Notes under the pieces: model-generated
What the model was told of the DNA's origin: nothing
The model's database searches: none
The model's input: the letters and a program-made list of their open reading frames with translations, nothing else
Shown here: piece by piece, positions 1 to 12,968 of the stretch
How the letters are laid out: every line of letters begins with the position of its first letter
How positions within the stretch are numbered: the stretch's first letter is position 1
Program-made: the position numbers and the translations under genes
Assembly: GCF_001194135.2 (NCBI RefSeq)
Contig: NC_068986.1
Coordinates: forward strand, 30,069,595-30,133,594
DNA: 64,000 nucleotides
From: Octopus bimaculoides
Taxonomy: Eukaryota
Reading direction: 5' to 3'

Positions 1-19
1 TATAATAAAAAGATATCTA

Positions 20-21
<2 letters not shown>

Positions 22-55
<34 letters not shown>
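22..55. repeat. (TA)n microsatellite
   Basis: Perfect TA run seen directly. Confidence 0.95.
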
Positions 56-56
<1 letters not shown>

Positions 57-574
57 TCAAACACACATATAATTATTTAATCAGTTCAACAGGTGGTTCT
101 TAAAAGTTGGAAATATGAATTTTTTTTTTTAACTGAACTGCCAGATAACCAAATAAGAGGTACGACAGATACATCAATTTCTTTTCTTGCAATTTCTTTA
201 GTTTGAGATCAGGAATGTGAGCCACAATAGGACGGGTGGAGGGTCAAGAAAGGATGTGATTCAAGTACAGTACTTCAGTTTAGATGGGGTGATGATTGAA
301 TAGGGTCTCTTACGTTCTGAAAACCCTGTCATAGTCACAACAGAAGAGACAAAGAACAGGGTGGTGTCTTCATAATGACAATAGAGCAGTGTTTTGTGAG
401 TGTAAGTAAGTGTATCTGTGTATCTTGGAGTACATGTGAAAGTGGAAACTTATTGTGATTATCCTTATCTAATGAAGTGTTTAATTAAAAAAAATGAAAC
501 AGTTATGTAGTATTATTGGGAAACTGATACGAACCATTAAAGATTAATATTTTCCCCTTCTCTTTTGGTCTAAG

Positions 575-595
575 ACAACATGTTTCTCTGAATTT
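575..595 (+). CDS. Candidate 21-nt exon (TTCFSEF in phase 0), product unknown
   Basis: Pyrimidine tract ttttccccttctcttttggtctaag upstream and donor gtgagt at 596. No homology recognised. Confidence 0.22.
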
Positions 596-684
596 GTGAG
601 TAATTAATTGTTATCATAAAATTAATTAGTGTTTAAAATTTTTGTTGCTAAAATTAATTTTCAATTAATCTTACCCACTGGCAG

Positions 685-724
685 ATGAACTGTTATTTCA
701 ATGGAAACACATCAATGCCAAAAG
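685..724 (+). CDS. Candidate 40-nt exon (MNCYFNGNTSMPK or DELLFQWKHINAK), product unknown
   Basis: Acceptor cttacccactggcag and donor AAG|gtgatt. It lies 89 nt downstream of the 575-595 candidate. Confidence 0.22.
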
Positions 725-1469
725 GTGATTAAATGCTTTTAACGAACTCCACAAATAAGAGAAAACTTTAAAAGACGTATATTTTTTTATATATTTTCCC
801 AAATTATTTAAAATAATTTAATTTTAATTAATTTTAATAATTGTGTTACATGTTGACAGTTTACAAATAAATATTTTCAATATAAACTTAGGTTGTACAT
901 TAAGTTTATAATATGAGCATTTCAAAGTCTTTATTCTGTGTATGCAATCACTATGAGCAAAATATGACTATTTTAAACTTATATCTTATACTTTTGTATT
1001 GCTGCCACAGAGATTGGGTTGATTAAACTGTTAGATTTAAAGCGGTAAATTGGGAAAGTTGTTAGAATGTTCAATAGAATATCTTGTTGTATAGGTTCTG
1101 ATCCTACCAAGATCAACTTTGCTTTTTCTTCGGGCTCTTAACAAAAGAAAGTGCCTTTCTGGGATGATGCATTGTCAGAATTGTTAGAGTGTCAGGCCAA
1201 ATGTCTTGTGGTATCAGTTCTGCCTCTGTGATTTCCAAGTTCAAATCTCACCCTGTCACCAAAAACAACAATGATTCTTCTGTCAATAGATGCAACCATT
1301 AGATACTATCAGCAATTTGAAAAACCAATGGAATCACAGTTTCATTGCTTCAGTCAGAAGATCGACTGCTATCTAGCACTACATTTAAATCAATCTCAAA
1401 CTGCAATCAGATTCAATGCCTCAATATTATCATTGTCTTTGAAACCATTCATGAATTGGTTCCTCTTTT

Positions 1470-1672
1470 GTTATCATATTTATGTTGATATATACTGCTG
1501 TTGTTTCAATTAATTTAGAAAATAATGAAAAGATTAGCAAAATAACTTAATCATTCTGAGCATAGATTAACATGAAATTTTGATGGAAGGTTTTAATTAG
1601 CTCAGTTTAAAACAGGAAGTTTGTATCAAAGAACCAGTTGTCTCAGGTGGGTTAGTATCCAAAGGATGAATG
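1470..1672 (+). mobile_element. Decayed MITE family 2 (TTAA/CCCTTT-type ends)
   Basis: Shares ttaattttgaaaataatgaa...aaattttgatggaagg...gtctcagg..ggtt..tatcaaaag with copies near 2050-2480, 13070-13195(-), 31215-31360, 33530-33762, 35157-35390 and 46655-46880(-). Confidence 0.6.
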
Positions 1673-2049
1673 ATTAAATGAATTAACAAAAATCTAAAAG
1701 ATTGTTCAAATAGCCACTACATATTTGAACAATCACCCATTACAGCAACAACAACTATATCTTATTCATCTCACAGTTGTGCTAAACAAATTCAATTGCT
1801 TGACCTTTCTCAGGGATATTCATCAATGAATAACGAATCAGATTGAACAATAATCAAAATAGGGAGAAAAATTTTCCTACATTACTATTCATAGCTGTTA
1901 GAATCAAGTGAATTTCTTTTTCACTTAAAATTACAATTGTTTTTAAATTAAGGACTAAAATTGATAATTTAACTTTCTTTAGAACTTTCCGTATTATTTT
2001 GCTACAAATGTTTTCATAAAACCTTTTCATTATCATCTTTCTACTGAAA

Positions 2050-2478
2050 CTCACCCCCTTAATTTTGGTTAACTTTGAAAATAATCCTTTCTACTAGAGG
2101 CACAAGGCCTCAAATTTGTAGGGTTGGGACTAGTCGATTATATCGACCCCAATGCTTCACTGATACTTAATTTATCGACCCCTGAATGGATGAAAGGCAA
2201 AGTCAACTGCGGCAGAATTTGAACTCAGAATCTAGCGACAGGCGAAATACCGCTAATCATTTCATCCACCATGCTAAGGATTCTGCTAGCTCACCACCTT
2301 AGTTAATTTTGAAAATAATGGAAAATTTACTAAAATAATTTTATCATTATTAAGGTTGTGTCTGGAACATAAATTAATGTGAAATTTTTCAGGAAGTTTT
2401 AAACTTTGATCACTTTAAAACAAAGTTTGCATCATAGAACAGGGATTGTCTCAGGCAGCTTGATATCAAAACGGCTAA
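2050..2478 (+). mobile_element. MITE family 2 copy interrupted by a family A SINE
   Basis: MITE sequence resumes after 2301. gttaactttgaaaataat (2068-2085) is repeated as gttaattttgaaaataat (2302-2319). Confidence 0.6.
2086..2301 (-). mobile_element. tRNA-head SINE family A (tail ...gtgcctctagtagaaagg)
   Basis: Reverse complement of taaggtggtgagctagcagaat...ttctgagttcaaattctgcc...gactttgcctttcatcc...gtcgataaattaagt. An 18-bp target-site duplication flanks it. Confidence 0.85.
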
Positions 2479-2571
2479 ACATCCTGCTTAACCTCATCCT
2501 TCTCTCTAATTGGCCTCATTTCACAGTTGACAGCTAATTAATTAGGACTTACATACACACACACACATACA

Positions 2572-2602
<31 letters not shown>

Positions 2603-2824
2603 GTACAAATTTGAAAAATTTTTCTAGTCATAAATGAACAGAAAAAAGACAATGTTTTGTTATCAAAGCAGCTTAATCACTATTAAATGAGACAACGGTG
2701 ATATATAATAATGATGTGTCTATATTAAACTTAAGTCAAGAAGTAAAAAGAAATATCTGTCTTAAGAGAATTTCCTTATATTCATAAGATTAATAGTGAC
2801 AATGATGACGATATTGTAATAGTG

Positions 2825-3010
2825 GCAGCAGCTGGCTCTCCTCTGTCAGTTTTCACAATCAGCATTTAATTGTTTGACCAACTGAACTATCTATTTGTTA
2901 AATTAATGTGTAAGTGGTTGAGTATATCACAGGCATATGTACCTTTAATGTAATTTCAGGCCAAATCAGTATGACACAGTATATAACAAGGTTGAACCTC
3001 TAGATTACAA
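2825..3010 (-). mobile_element. Decayed SINE family C fragment
   Basis: aaattaatgtgtaagtggttgagtatatcacaggcatatgtacc matches 24345-24395 (gaaattaatgtgcaagtggctgagcactccacagacacgtgtacc). Confidence 0.6.
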
Positions 3011-5522
3011 ATACAATCCATCAGATAGGCTTCCATACAGTTTGCACCTATCCTGTGTCACTCACAAGGCTTGGATCAGCTTAAGGAATTGAACTCAGGA
3101 GTTCATGATTGTGAAGTAAACTTTTTAATGACTCGGCCATGCCTGTGTCCCCAGTGTATTAGAAATATAAAACAGAACCTGAAATTTGAAAAGTGAAGGT
3201 CAGAAAGATATTGAGAATTATGTTTTGGGAATGTGACATGAAGCTAAAGGAGAAATTGAGTGAGGAAATATAAATATCAAGTCCCATTAATGAATGTCAA
3301 TTTTGGCACTCTTATTGACGGATCTAATTTGATTTCTAACAATAATAAAAGCCAGGCCAAGTTCTGAAGGCCCTTTTTGCCTTTATGTCTTCCTGGAATT
3401 TGAAAAAAGTGGTACTATGTTAAAAAAAAATGGTGGGGGTGGGGGTTTGACATATTATATGTTGGTTCTTAGAATAAACCAATATATTTGGAAGAGAAAG
3501 CAGGAAAAAGAAATTAATAAAACGGCTATCAAACAATTCCCTTATGCAAAGGCTGACATTTTGACTTCATCAGACACAAGTCATGATGGGAAAAAAATTG
3601 CTCACAAACTGATAAGGTGTGTGAAGTTGATAGAATTCATTCTTTAGCTCTAATTAATGTAACCAATTTAAACTCTCACACACACATAGTTCCACATGTA
3701 CTTTTAATACTTTACATAATATTTTATATTTATTTGACTAGATTATTCTTACAGGTTTCTGTATAGTGTTGTAGTTAAAAATAAATCATCATCACTTAAC
3801 ATCCACCTTTATCTGTGGACTGCAAATATAAACAGAAGTGCACACTGGCATGCCATGAGATGAAGTAAAAACAAACAATTTTGGGTGTGGCTCTCACCTG
3901 AAACATTAGTATCTATTTCATCTTAAGACATACCAACATACACTTCTACTGTTTTTATTTCCATTCTGATTCATTCCAGTGTAGAATCTAGCCTACCAAA
4001 TCTAGTGACTATCATTATCTCTGGACTAAATTTATGAGATAACTATGGAAATTCTATGTAACTATTTATAAATTTAGTTTTGGTGTGAAACAAACTGTAT
4101 AAGGTTCTAGATATTTGTTTCAATAAATTTCTTAATGGTTGACAGGCTATAATTGAAAATCATTTCATACTACAAACCAACGTAGATTGAAAATAAAGTA
4201 GCTGGTATTAAAACTGATTGTGTTTAGTATAAGAGGTATGACGGCTCAATTGTTAAGGTATTGAACTTTCAGCTAACACTTTATGATATTTATATTGTGT
4301 TTTTAGTTGTGGTACATCACTTGAATCAATCTATCTAGCAGCAAAATAGACATCTATTGACAGGGATAAGAGAAGCAACCAGCCATGAAAATCATGATCC
4401 TACAATTCCTGGAAATACATAATTCTTCAGGCCCATCAAAGCATAGAATATTGGATGTAAAAATACTAAAATAATATAGGCATTCAAACTCTTGTTTACT
4501 TTGTTACATTTTTATCTGCTTGAATACACATTTGCATGCACAAAAGCACACACTTATATCACACATATAAATCTATATAACACAGGCATACTATAAAATA
4601 CATACATCATATGCCTGTAAATTGCATGCTACCATCAGTCAATCACCTGTGCAAACACACTCATTCACTTGCACAAATGTATTTATTTCCAAACACATAA
4701 TTTCACACATATATTACAACCATTCATTCATTCCTGCTCTGGTAAATGAATGAATAGTTTTATTTACTTCCAAACATGCACTGCTCATCAATCACACAGA
4801 CATGTTACATGCATGCATATGTATAGAGTCACTTAACTAAGTACTGGCATTTCAACATGATAAAATTACAATACCGGAGAGTAATCAAAACATGGACTGA
4901 TTCCTGAAATATATGCAATGTCCAGAATTACAAACAGATTCCAATATATTAAATGTTATGTAAAGTGATTTTAACAGAGCAACATGTCATACTATCCAAG
5001 CTGTAGGAAGCAATGGATATTAACATTGATATAAATAGGAAAAGTCAATGAACCCCTGGAAATTTCCAGAACATTCATTTTAACACCTAAATCATAACCA
5101 TTATTCTGATTTCCTTTCCTCTTGGTTATTTGGAAGAATATTCTTCACATGAAATTTACTTTGGTGCTGAATAATTAATTCTATAGGTTTGCAATTATTT
5201 TCTATGGACAATTGCACTTGATTTCTATTAATGTAATTGCTCGAACTTGGGTAACAAAATTTATTTATTTCCTTCTGTAGACATCATATGTATGTGTGTA
5301 TGAGGGAAAGAAAAGAAAGAGAGATAGAGGAAAAGAGGGGAAAATCTCAACGCATAAACCCCCCCCCCCACACCCACACAAATATCTGGGCAAGTTTCAG
5401 TTGTGATGCTTAGTGCACTGCTCCATTTGTATGGCACAGTTAACAAAAATAATTAATTAGTTTCTCAACAGCTTACGGAATGGCAACAAGTTCTGCCTAT
5501 TCACCATGGAATAGCTCCTCAC

Positions 5523-5567
5523 CTTCCATCAGATATTGTTAGGAATTCTATAATATATTCTATTCTT
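5523..5567 (-). CDS. Candidate 45-nt symmetric exon (RIEYIIEFLTISDG), product unknown
   Basis: Minus-strand acceptor tgctgtttttctctctaag and donor AAG|gtgagg. Only one frame is open. Confidence 0.2.
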
Positions 5568-5694
5568 CTTAGAGAGAAAAACAGCAATCAGCTGAACTCA
5601 AATCACTGTATTAATTAGCAATTTCTATCATTAGCAGTCATATATAAATATATGTATATATATACATGTCTGTCTTTTCTTCATCACATCACCA

Positions 5695-5697
<3 letters not shown>

Positions 5698-5748
<51 letters not shown>

Positions 5749-5768
5749 NNNNNNNNNNGCTCTCTCTC
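5698..5768. repeat. (TC)n microsatellite with 10-N gap (5749-5758)
   Basis: Seen directly. Confidence 0.95.
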
Positions 5769-5895
5769 CTCCTACTATTTATTGCATCATTATCTCCCTC
5801 CCTTTAATTATTTCAGTTATAAATTATGATACACTGGGACTAAATCGTCTCATTCAAAATCAATCTACAAATAACAATTCTTCACATGCTGCATT

Positions 5896-5896
<1 letters not shown>

Positions 5897-5926
<30 letters not shown>

Positions 5927-5948
5927 GTGTGCGTGCGTGCATGCGTAC

Positions 5949-5996
<48 letters not shown>
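5897..5996. repeat. (GT)n/(GC) microsatellite
   Basis: Seen directly. Confidence 0.95.
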
Positions 5997-5998
<2 letters not shown>

Positions 5999-6140
5999 CT
6001 AAAACAGTATATTTCTTTTGTAAAATAACTTTTTTTACTGTTGTCATACAGTTTGACCATACTGGGACACTGATCTCAAAAGACTTCCGTCGACCATATT
6101 GATCTCAGTAACTATTTGAGTCTGGTACTTATCTTAACAT

Positions 6141-6320
6141 GGAAATGCATGGCTTAATGGTTATGGTGTTGTACTCTTGATTATAAGACTGTGGTTTTGA
6201 TTCCTGGACGAGGTGAGCTGCTATGTCTTTGAGCAAAACACTTCATTTCACATTGTTCCAGTCCACTCAGCTGGCAAAAATGAGTAATCCTGCAACGAAC
6301 TAGCATCCCATGCAAGGGTG
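6141..6320 (+). mobile_element. Decayed SINE, family D-like head and core with a different 3' part
   Basis: A-box-like tggcttaatgg, B-box-like ggttttgattcc, core ttgagcaaaacacttcatttcacattgttccagtccactcagctg matching the family D reverse complement. Confidence 0.6.
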
Positions 6321-7347
6321 TGAACATACATACCACAGAATCTGGAAAACTAGTCTTTTGAGACAATGGCTTGAGAAAAACATTTAATCCTTTTATTGAC
6401 TTATCTTAACAGTCTTTCTATCAAATGACTAGGGAACCTTTAATGTAAGTGGATGTAACATCAGTTCACACTAATAAGCAGATATGAAGATGCATGCACA
6501 CATAAACACACACACATACACAGAGGGTAACCTGTATAGAGTCGGTGTCATGATAAAATGCACCCAGTGCACTCTGTAAATTGATAGGTATTGAAGGGCA
6601 CTTAGCCATAGATCCATCCCTTCAGGGTTGATAAAATAAATACAAGCCATGAACTGAGGTTGAATGAATCAATTATACCCCTCTTTTATGAATTTGGCTT
6701 TATATCAATGGGAGAAATCATTTGTATTTATTGTCCATTTATTTTTTTCCCCCTTTATCTCTCCAGAATCAATAAAATATAATATACTACTCTCATACAC
6801 AACCACTTCCAGAGTAATGGTAGTATATTAGAATTAATGATATTAACTATATTTAACTATACATTCTGCCTTTAGATAAAATGGATGTATACTGTGGCTA
6901 TAGGAAACATCGTTATTACTTTTTGGCAACTAACTTTTCAGAATTGTGTGGTCCTAAACAGAAGATGGCATTGATCTGTTGCTGATATTCTGATAATACA
7001 GCCAGTCAATTTCAATCAATCACGACTGTTACACCAGATAGATAAAATTATTCCACTCTTTCATCTGCTAACTACACTGCTAAAACAGAATGGTTGCTAC
7101 ACATACATCTAAAATAAAATGAAGCTATACATAGACATGCAAACACTCACATTCTCTGTCTGTCTGTCTGTCTCTCTCTCCCAAACACACACGCACATGC
7201 AAAAGCCTGAAGTCCAGTTCCACTTCCAAACTTACTGAAGCTGACTTTGAGAAATGAATGAATGATTTAAGCTCCCATTTTCGCTGCACTATATTGCAAA
7301 TGTTATATTTTTAATTAAGAAATAATTATTTTTGCAGTGATCTGCTA

Positions 7348-7535
7348 TAGTTATTTAGCTCCAGGTCAGCCCTAGTTGAGCAGACTTATGATCAAAGATA
7401 TTTCATGAATAACCACCCTGTCTATTATTTTCATGCATAGTGTATCTAGGATTATAACACCTTACTTCCCTGTTCTTCATTAAGATGATATGATATTATG
7501 TAAGGAAAATTCAGCAGCTATATCTAGTAAATAGA
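7348..7535 (-). mobile_element. Decayed SINE-like family F ((CAA)n tail)
   Basis: ccaggtcagccct..gagcagac.tatgatcaaag and ggaaaattcagc.gctat.tctag motifs recur at 7605-7770, 21430-21925, 26520-26745, 53440-53660. They occur in the opposite orientation at 28105-28180, 28480-28675, 34440-34692, 40890-41100, 47230-47410 and 59870-60645. Confidence 0.6.
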
Positions 7536-8262
7536 ACAACAGTATGTCTAGCAAATAGCACAACAATGTAAAGGATCCTATCGCTAGCTCTTTGTGGTGG
7601 AGTTTGTTGCTGTTTAGTTCGTTTCCAACCATGACTATCCCATCTTTTCATATTTCTTATATCAGACTATATTATGCAATATGTTCTTTATAGCATTAAA
7701 GTTTGATATGTGAGATATTTGGTTGTTATTTCTAGCAGGTCAAGAGACTGCATAGAGATTCCCTTGATACACAATACAATGGCAGTGTAGTTGGTACAGG
7801 CAGCAGAGAATGGATTCTTAAACTTTGTACAGTACATATTTTGTTCTTCTCTATTTTGAGTTCAAGTGAATTGCCTTTCCTAATGTAGGGTTTGATAACT
7901 TGATAATGCATTCACGTATCAATGAAAGCAATCATAATTGAAATTTAAACTATAATCCAGCAGTTGTAAATTTGGAATTAAAGAGAATGGTATGTTTAAC
8001 AAATAGCTTTTATTTCTAACATTCAAGGAAATGCTTATTATGCACTTAATACCCAAACATTTATGCTAATAGTGCAGGATTCAATTAAGGTATCACATAT
8101 ATATACTGCAGAGCACACCTGTGATCTAGCTTAGTGGCTCATTTAATTTCAACACACTTTTAAGCTAAATAGCTTACAGCCACTTAGCAATTGCATCTTA
8201 ATTCATGCAGAGTTAATTTTCATACTGGTGCTTGCATGACCACAATTAATATATGGGATAAA

Positions 8263-8458
8263 TAAGGCAACGAGTGGGCAAAATCATTAGCATGCCAGGC
8301 TAAATGCTTAGTGGTATTTTGTCCATCTTTACATTCTAAGTTCAAATTCTACTGAGGTCAATATCCTTTTGAGGTTAATAAAATAATTACCAGTTGAACA
8401 CTGGTGTCAATATAATCAACTTATCCTTTCCCCAGGTTTGTGCAAAATTTGAAACCAG
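8263..8458 (+). mobile_element. SINE family A (tail ...gtgcaaaatttgaaacc)
   Basis: taaggcaacgagtgggcaaaatcattagcatgccagg...ttctaagttcaaattc...taccagttgaacactgg. Confidence 0.75.
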
Positions 8459-8504
8459 TGTATAGGATAAACTCACTGAATTTTATTCCACAGCCTATGA
8501 ACGC

Positions 8505-8721
8505 TTAACCCTTTAACATTCAGATTACTCTGTCAAGTGTAATGCTTATCGATCCACATAGTTTTGAATTATTGATGCATTATCTTGTAGCTTTGAGAAT
8601 TGAATAATATGATACTAATAGAATGACATGGTACAAAGATCTAGTTGTAAGATCTAGCTTGAACATAAAACAGGAAGAATATTTGAACTGGATATGGCTG
8701 GTTTAACTACTAAAGGATTAA
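8505..8721 (+). mobile_element. MITE family 1, piggyBac-like ends
   Basis: TTAA-CCCTTTaacatt left end, taaaggaTTAA right end, no ORF. Related copies at 24694-24921 and 33763-33957(-). TTAA duplication with CCC/GGG termini is the piggyBac signature (established). Confidence 0.7.
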
Positions 8722-9197
8722 ACATATAAATATACTTAAAAAAAGCAAGTCAAAGATATTATTATCATGTGGCTATGATGCTCAAAATATGCATGCCTAC
8801 AATTATACAAAATATACCTAAGGCTGCAACAGTGAAGGAAACTGACTTTAATTCTAAATTTTTATCTTCAAATCTCTGAAATTTATGTTGAATTTTCAAC
8901 CAGCAGTTGGGTTCAGTTCCAGCATTCAAGTGCTTTGACATGTAAATGTTTATGCTTTTGTTAACCAACCATTTTAGCCTCTGGTGCAGATTCTGATTAT
9001 GGCATTATTCTGCAGAGTTGAACTCATGCTTCTGACTCCGTTTAAGTGGCCCAATTACTTTCAGTAAAATTATATTTTATATTTTGGCTCACATTTTTGA
9101 CATGAATGCTTGAGGCTGCAAAAGTGGAGAAAAACTGGCATTTAATTGCAAATCTTTAAACGTGTATGCATGTATGTATGAGTGAGTGGATTCTATG

Positions 9198-9260
9198 TAC
9201 ATACATATATGCATCATACATACATATGTACATACATATGTACGTACATACATACATACA

Positions 9261-9294
<34 letters not shown>

Positions 9295-9306
9295 CATATA
9301 TACATA
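9198..9306. repeat. (TACA)n microsatellite
   Basis: Seen directly. Confidence 0.9.
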
Positions 9307-9756
9307 TTGTTGCTATTATGTAAAAGTGCCGTTTAGTCCAAAACGTTGCTTTTTAGGAAAACGAGAATGTAGTTTTACCATTCCATTTCTTTTTACATTA
9401 GCAACAGTTTCAGCTTAACAATAATAGTTTGTTGGGTGCATAAAATTGTAACTCCATGCATGTATGATATTTTCAGTCAAAAATATTTTAACAAGACTGT
9501 TGTATTTGGAACTTACTACACTTTTGAAAAATGCTAGGCCATTGTACTATATTTTGACAATTTTCATATCTTGGCATCTGAAGCAGCTGGAGATACAATA
9601 GTTTGACTAAAAGAACTGGCTATTGCAAGCAAAATTAAATAGTGAAAAAACACATTTGGTCAAATTTGGACTTATGACAATTTAACATAATAGCAACAAT
9701 ATATATTTATAAAACTGTTAGTTCTCCAAGAGAAGTTTAAAAAATTACCTGGCCAA

Positions 9757-9788
<32 letters not shown>

Positions 9789-10014
9789 CGTGTGTGTGGG
9801 TGTATATTCTTGCTATGGAAGAACTGTGAGGAATATACACAAAGTTATTGGTTGCACTGCGTGAATGTCAAACCAAATCTACAATTTCAGACATTTTAAA
9901 GTTCACAACCATGAAACAGCTTACAGCCATATAACAGATGCATATTAATTCACACAGGCTGAGTTAATTTTCATATTGATATTAATATGACAATCATTAA
10001 TAAACGGGATACAA

Positions 10015-10250
10015 TAAGGTGGTAAGCTGGCAGAACCTGTAGCATGCCAGGCAAAATGCTTAGCGACATTTTGTCAGTCATTACATTCTGAGTTCAAATT
10101 CCACTGATGTCAACTTTGCCTTTCATCCTTTCAGGATCAATAAAATAAGTACCAGTTACGCACTGGGGTCAATGTAATCAACTTAAACCCTTTGTCTGTC
10201 CTTGTTTGTCCCCTCTATGTTTAGCCCCCTGGGGGCAATAAAGAAATAAT
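10015..10250 (+). mobile_element. SINE family A (tail ...tttagccccctgggggcaataaagaaata)
   Basis: Full-length match to 21581-21816 and 38680-38915. Confidence 0.85.
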
Positions 10251-10567
10251 TATAATGACTAAAGGAAGACTCAGTTTCACAGAGTGGAAGCAATTTGTGG
10301 CAGGAACATTAACTGGTCAGGCAGATGAAGATTTTTTTCATGCCACCATCATTCTCATCATCATTGCTATTGGTACGATCAATTTTAGTATCTATTTTTC
10401 CTATGTTGGTATGAATTGGTGGACACTTCTGCAATACAGCATTTCTCCAGCATGATGCTGAGTCATCTGTCAAGTCTGTTCCAACACACAGACATGTCTA
10501 ATTTAGAACAAGACTGAATGAATTAAAAGCGGACTTAGATTACTGATAAATGACTACTCAAATGGAA

Positions 10568-10589
10568 CTACTACTACTACTACTACTAG

Positions 10590-10644
<55 letters not shown>

Positions 10645-10675
10645 GCTATTGCTGCTGCTGCTGCTGCTGCTGCTG

Positions 10676-10725
<50 letters not shown>
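10568..10725. repeat. Compound (CTA)n-(CTG)n-(CTA)n microsatellite
   Basis: Seen directly. It is the source of the poly-Leu and poly-Ser ORFs. Confidence 0.95.
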
Positions 10726-10855
10726 GACTAATGTAGTATTGATCGAACAATGACTCAAAATTGTCTTTTTGTCTCAATATTACATCACCAGACAGACAAA
10801 TAAACAACAAAACTATGAATATTGATTCTAATCCAGTGTTAGCTTATTATTGGCT

Positions 10856-10893
<38 letters not shown>

Positions 10894-11348
10894 GAAAATA
10901 GTACCAATTTGACTTATTTATTCTTTTACGCTTCCTCTCAGATTTCATCCCGCCATTATATCATATCCAATCCTTCAACTATCATCTAGTTATCGCAAAT
11001 ATAAAAAAAAAAAGATTTTTACCCCTACCCACACACACAGAGAGAAAAGGAGAAAATATAGAAATTATTTGTCTGTTTCCTAATTGGACAACACAATGTC
11101 TAAATATTCTCCAATAAGATATAGGCTAACTCTAGAAATCTGATATTGATCAGATATTTAGAATAATAACTTCATCAATGGCTTCTAGATATTTATTTGA
11201 TAATCAATCACGAATGGCATGCTTCTGCTGATTTCCAAAACTGGAATGATAAACTTTTTGAAAAATTAGCCATTGTTTCCCTGGGTGGAACTATTTTTTA
11301 CTTTCCCTTCCTCAATGTATATTAAATTATCTTCAGTGAGTATTTGAT

Positions 11349-12070
<722 letters not shown>

Positions 12071-12548
12071 ATACTATTTCTTTTTACTTTTTGTGTTGGC
12101 TGGATTTGACTACGTCTGCATTGCAGCATCTCTTCTGGTCTCTTAATCTGGTGCCGTTATGCCAATGGAGCTGAAAAGACCAAGGTCTAAACCTAACTAT
12201 TTCATTGTTTTCTGTAGTCTCACCCTGCTACACATCTTTTCCACCCACAATGAAGCATTTCCCCCAACATCTCATCTTATTATGTTTCTGTACCAAATGA
12301 ATAGTCTATCCTGCATTGTCCAATGGTTTTTGTCGCTTCATTTGTCTTAATTCTCTTACTTTTCTGGTATATTATCATTGTATATTGACCAGATTACACC
12401 CAATACTTTTTTTATTCCAACCACTGAAAATTTTGCACATTTACTGCCCTGTTGTTTTACATTTGTATCATATATTTCTTTTAGTGTATCTTTCACTTAG
12501 AAAGGGAAACTCTTTATTATGAAGGATGTTAATAAGTCGTTCTCTCTC

Positions 12549-12766
12549 TACTCTTTACTCTTTTACTTGTTTCAGTCATTTGACTGCGGTCATGCTGGAA
12601 CACCGCCTTTAGTTGAGCAAATCGACCCCAGGACTTATTCTTTGGAAGCCTAGTACTTATTCTATCGGTCTCTTTTGCCGAACCGCTAAGTTACAGGACG
12701 TAAACACACCAGAATCGGTTGTCAAGCGATATTGGGGGCACAAACACAGACACACAAACATATACG

Positions 12767-12808
<42 letters not shown>

Positions 12809-12968
12809 TACGATGGGTTTCTTTCAGTTTCCGTCTACTAAATCCACTCACAAGGCTTTGGTCGGCCCGAGGCTATAGTAGAAGACACTTGCCCAATGTG
12901 TCACGCAGTGGAACTGAACCGAGAACCATGTGGTTTGTAAGCAAGCTACTTACCACACAGCCACTCCT
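12549..12968 (-). mobile_element. tRNA-head SINE family B with internal microsatellite and (GAGTAAAA)n tail
   Basis: Reverse complement of aggagtggctgtgtggtaagtagcttgcttac...ggttcagttccactgc...gggcaagtgtcttctactatagcctcggg...gactgaaacaagtaaaagagtaaagag. Confidence 0.9.

Noticed and set aside
10550-10758. Poly-Leu and poly-Ser ORFs, and similar IY-, HT-, VC- and YVCM-rich ORFs (e.g. 5860-6102, 11322-12146, 14123-14472, 19352-19665, 26768-27201, 32764-33132, 58761-59136)
   Set aside because: They are translations of stop-free microsatellites or run through N gaps; there is no coding evidence.
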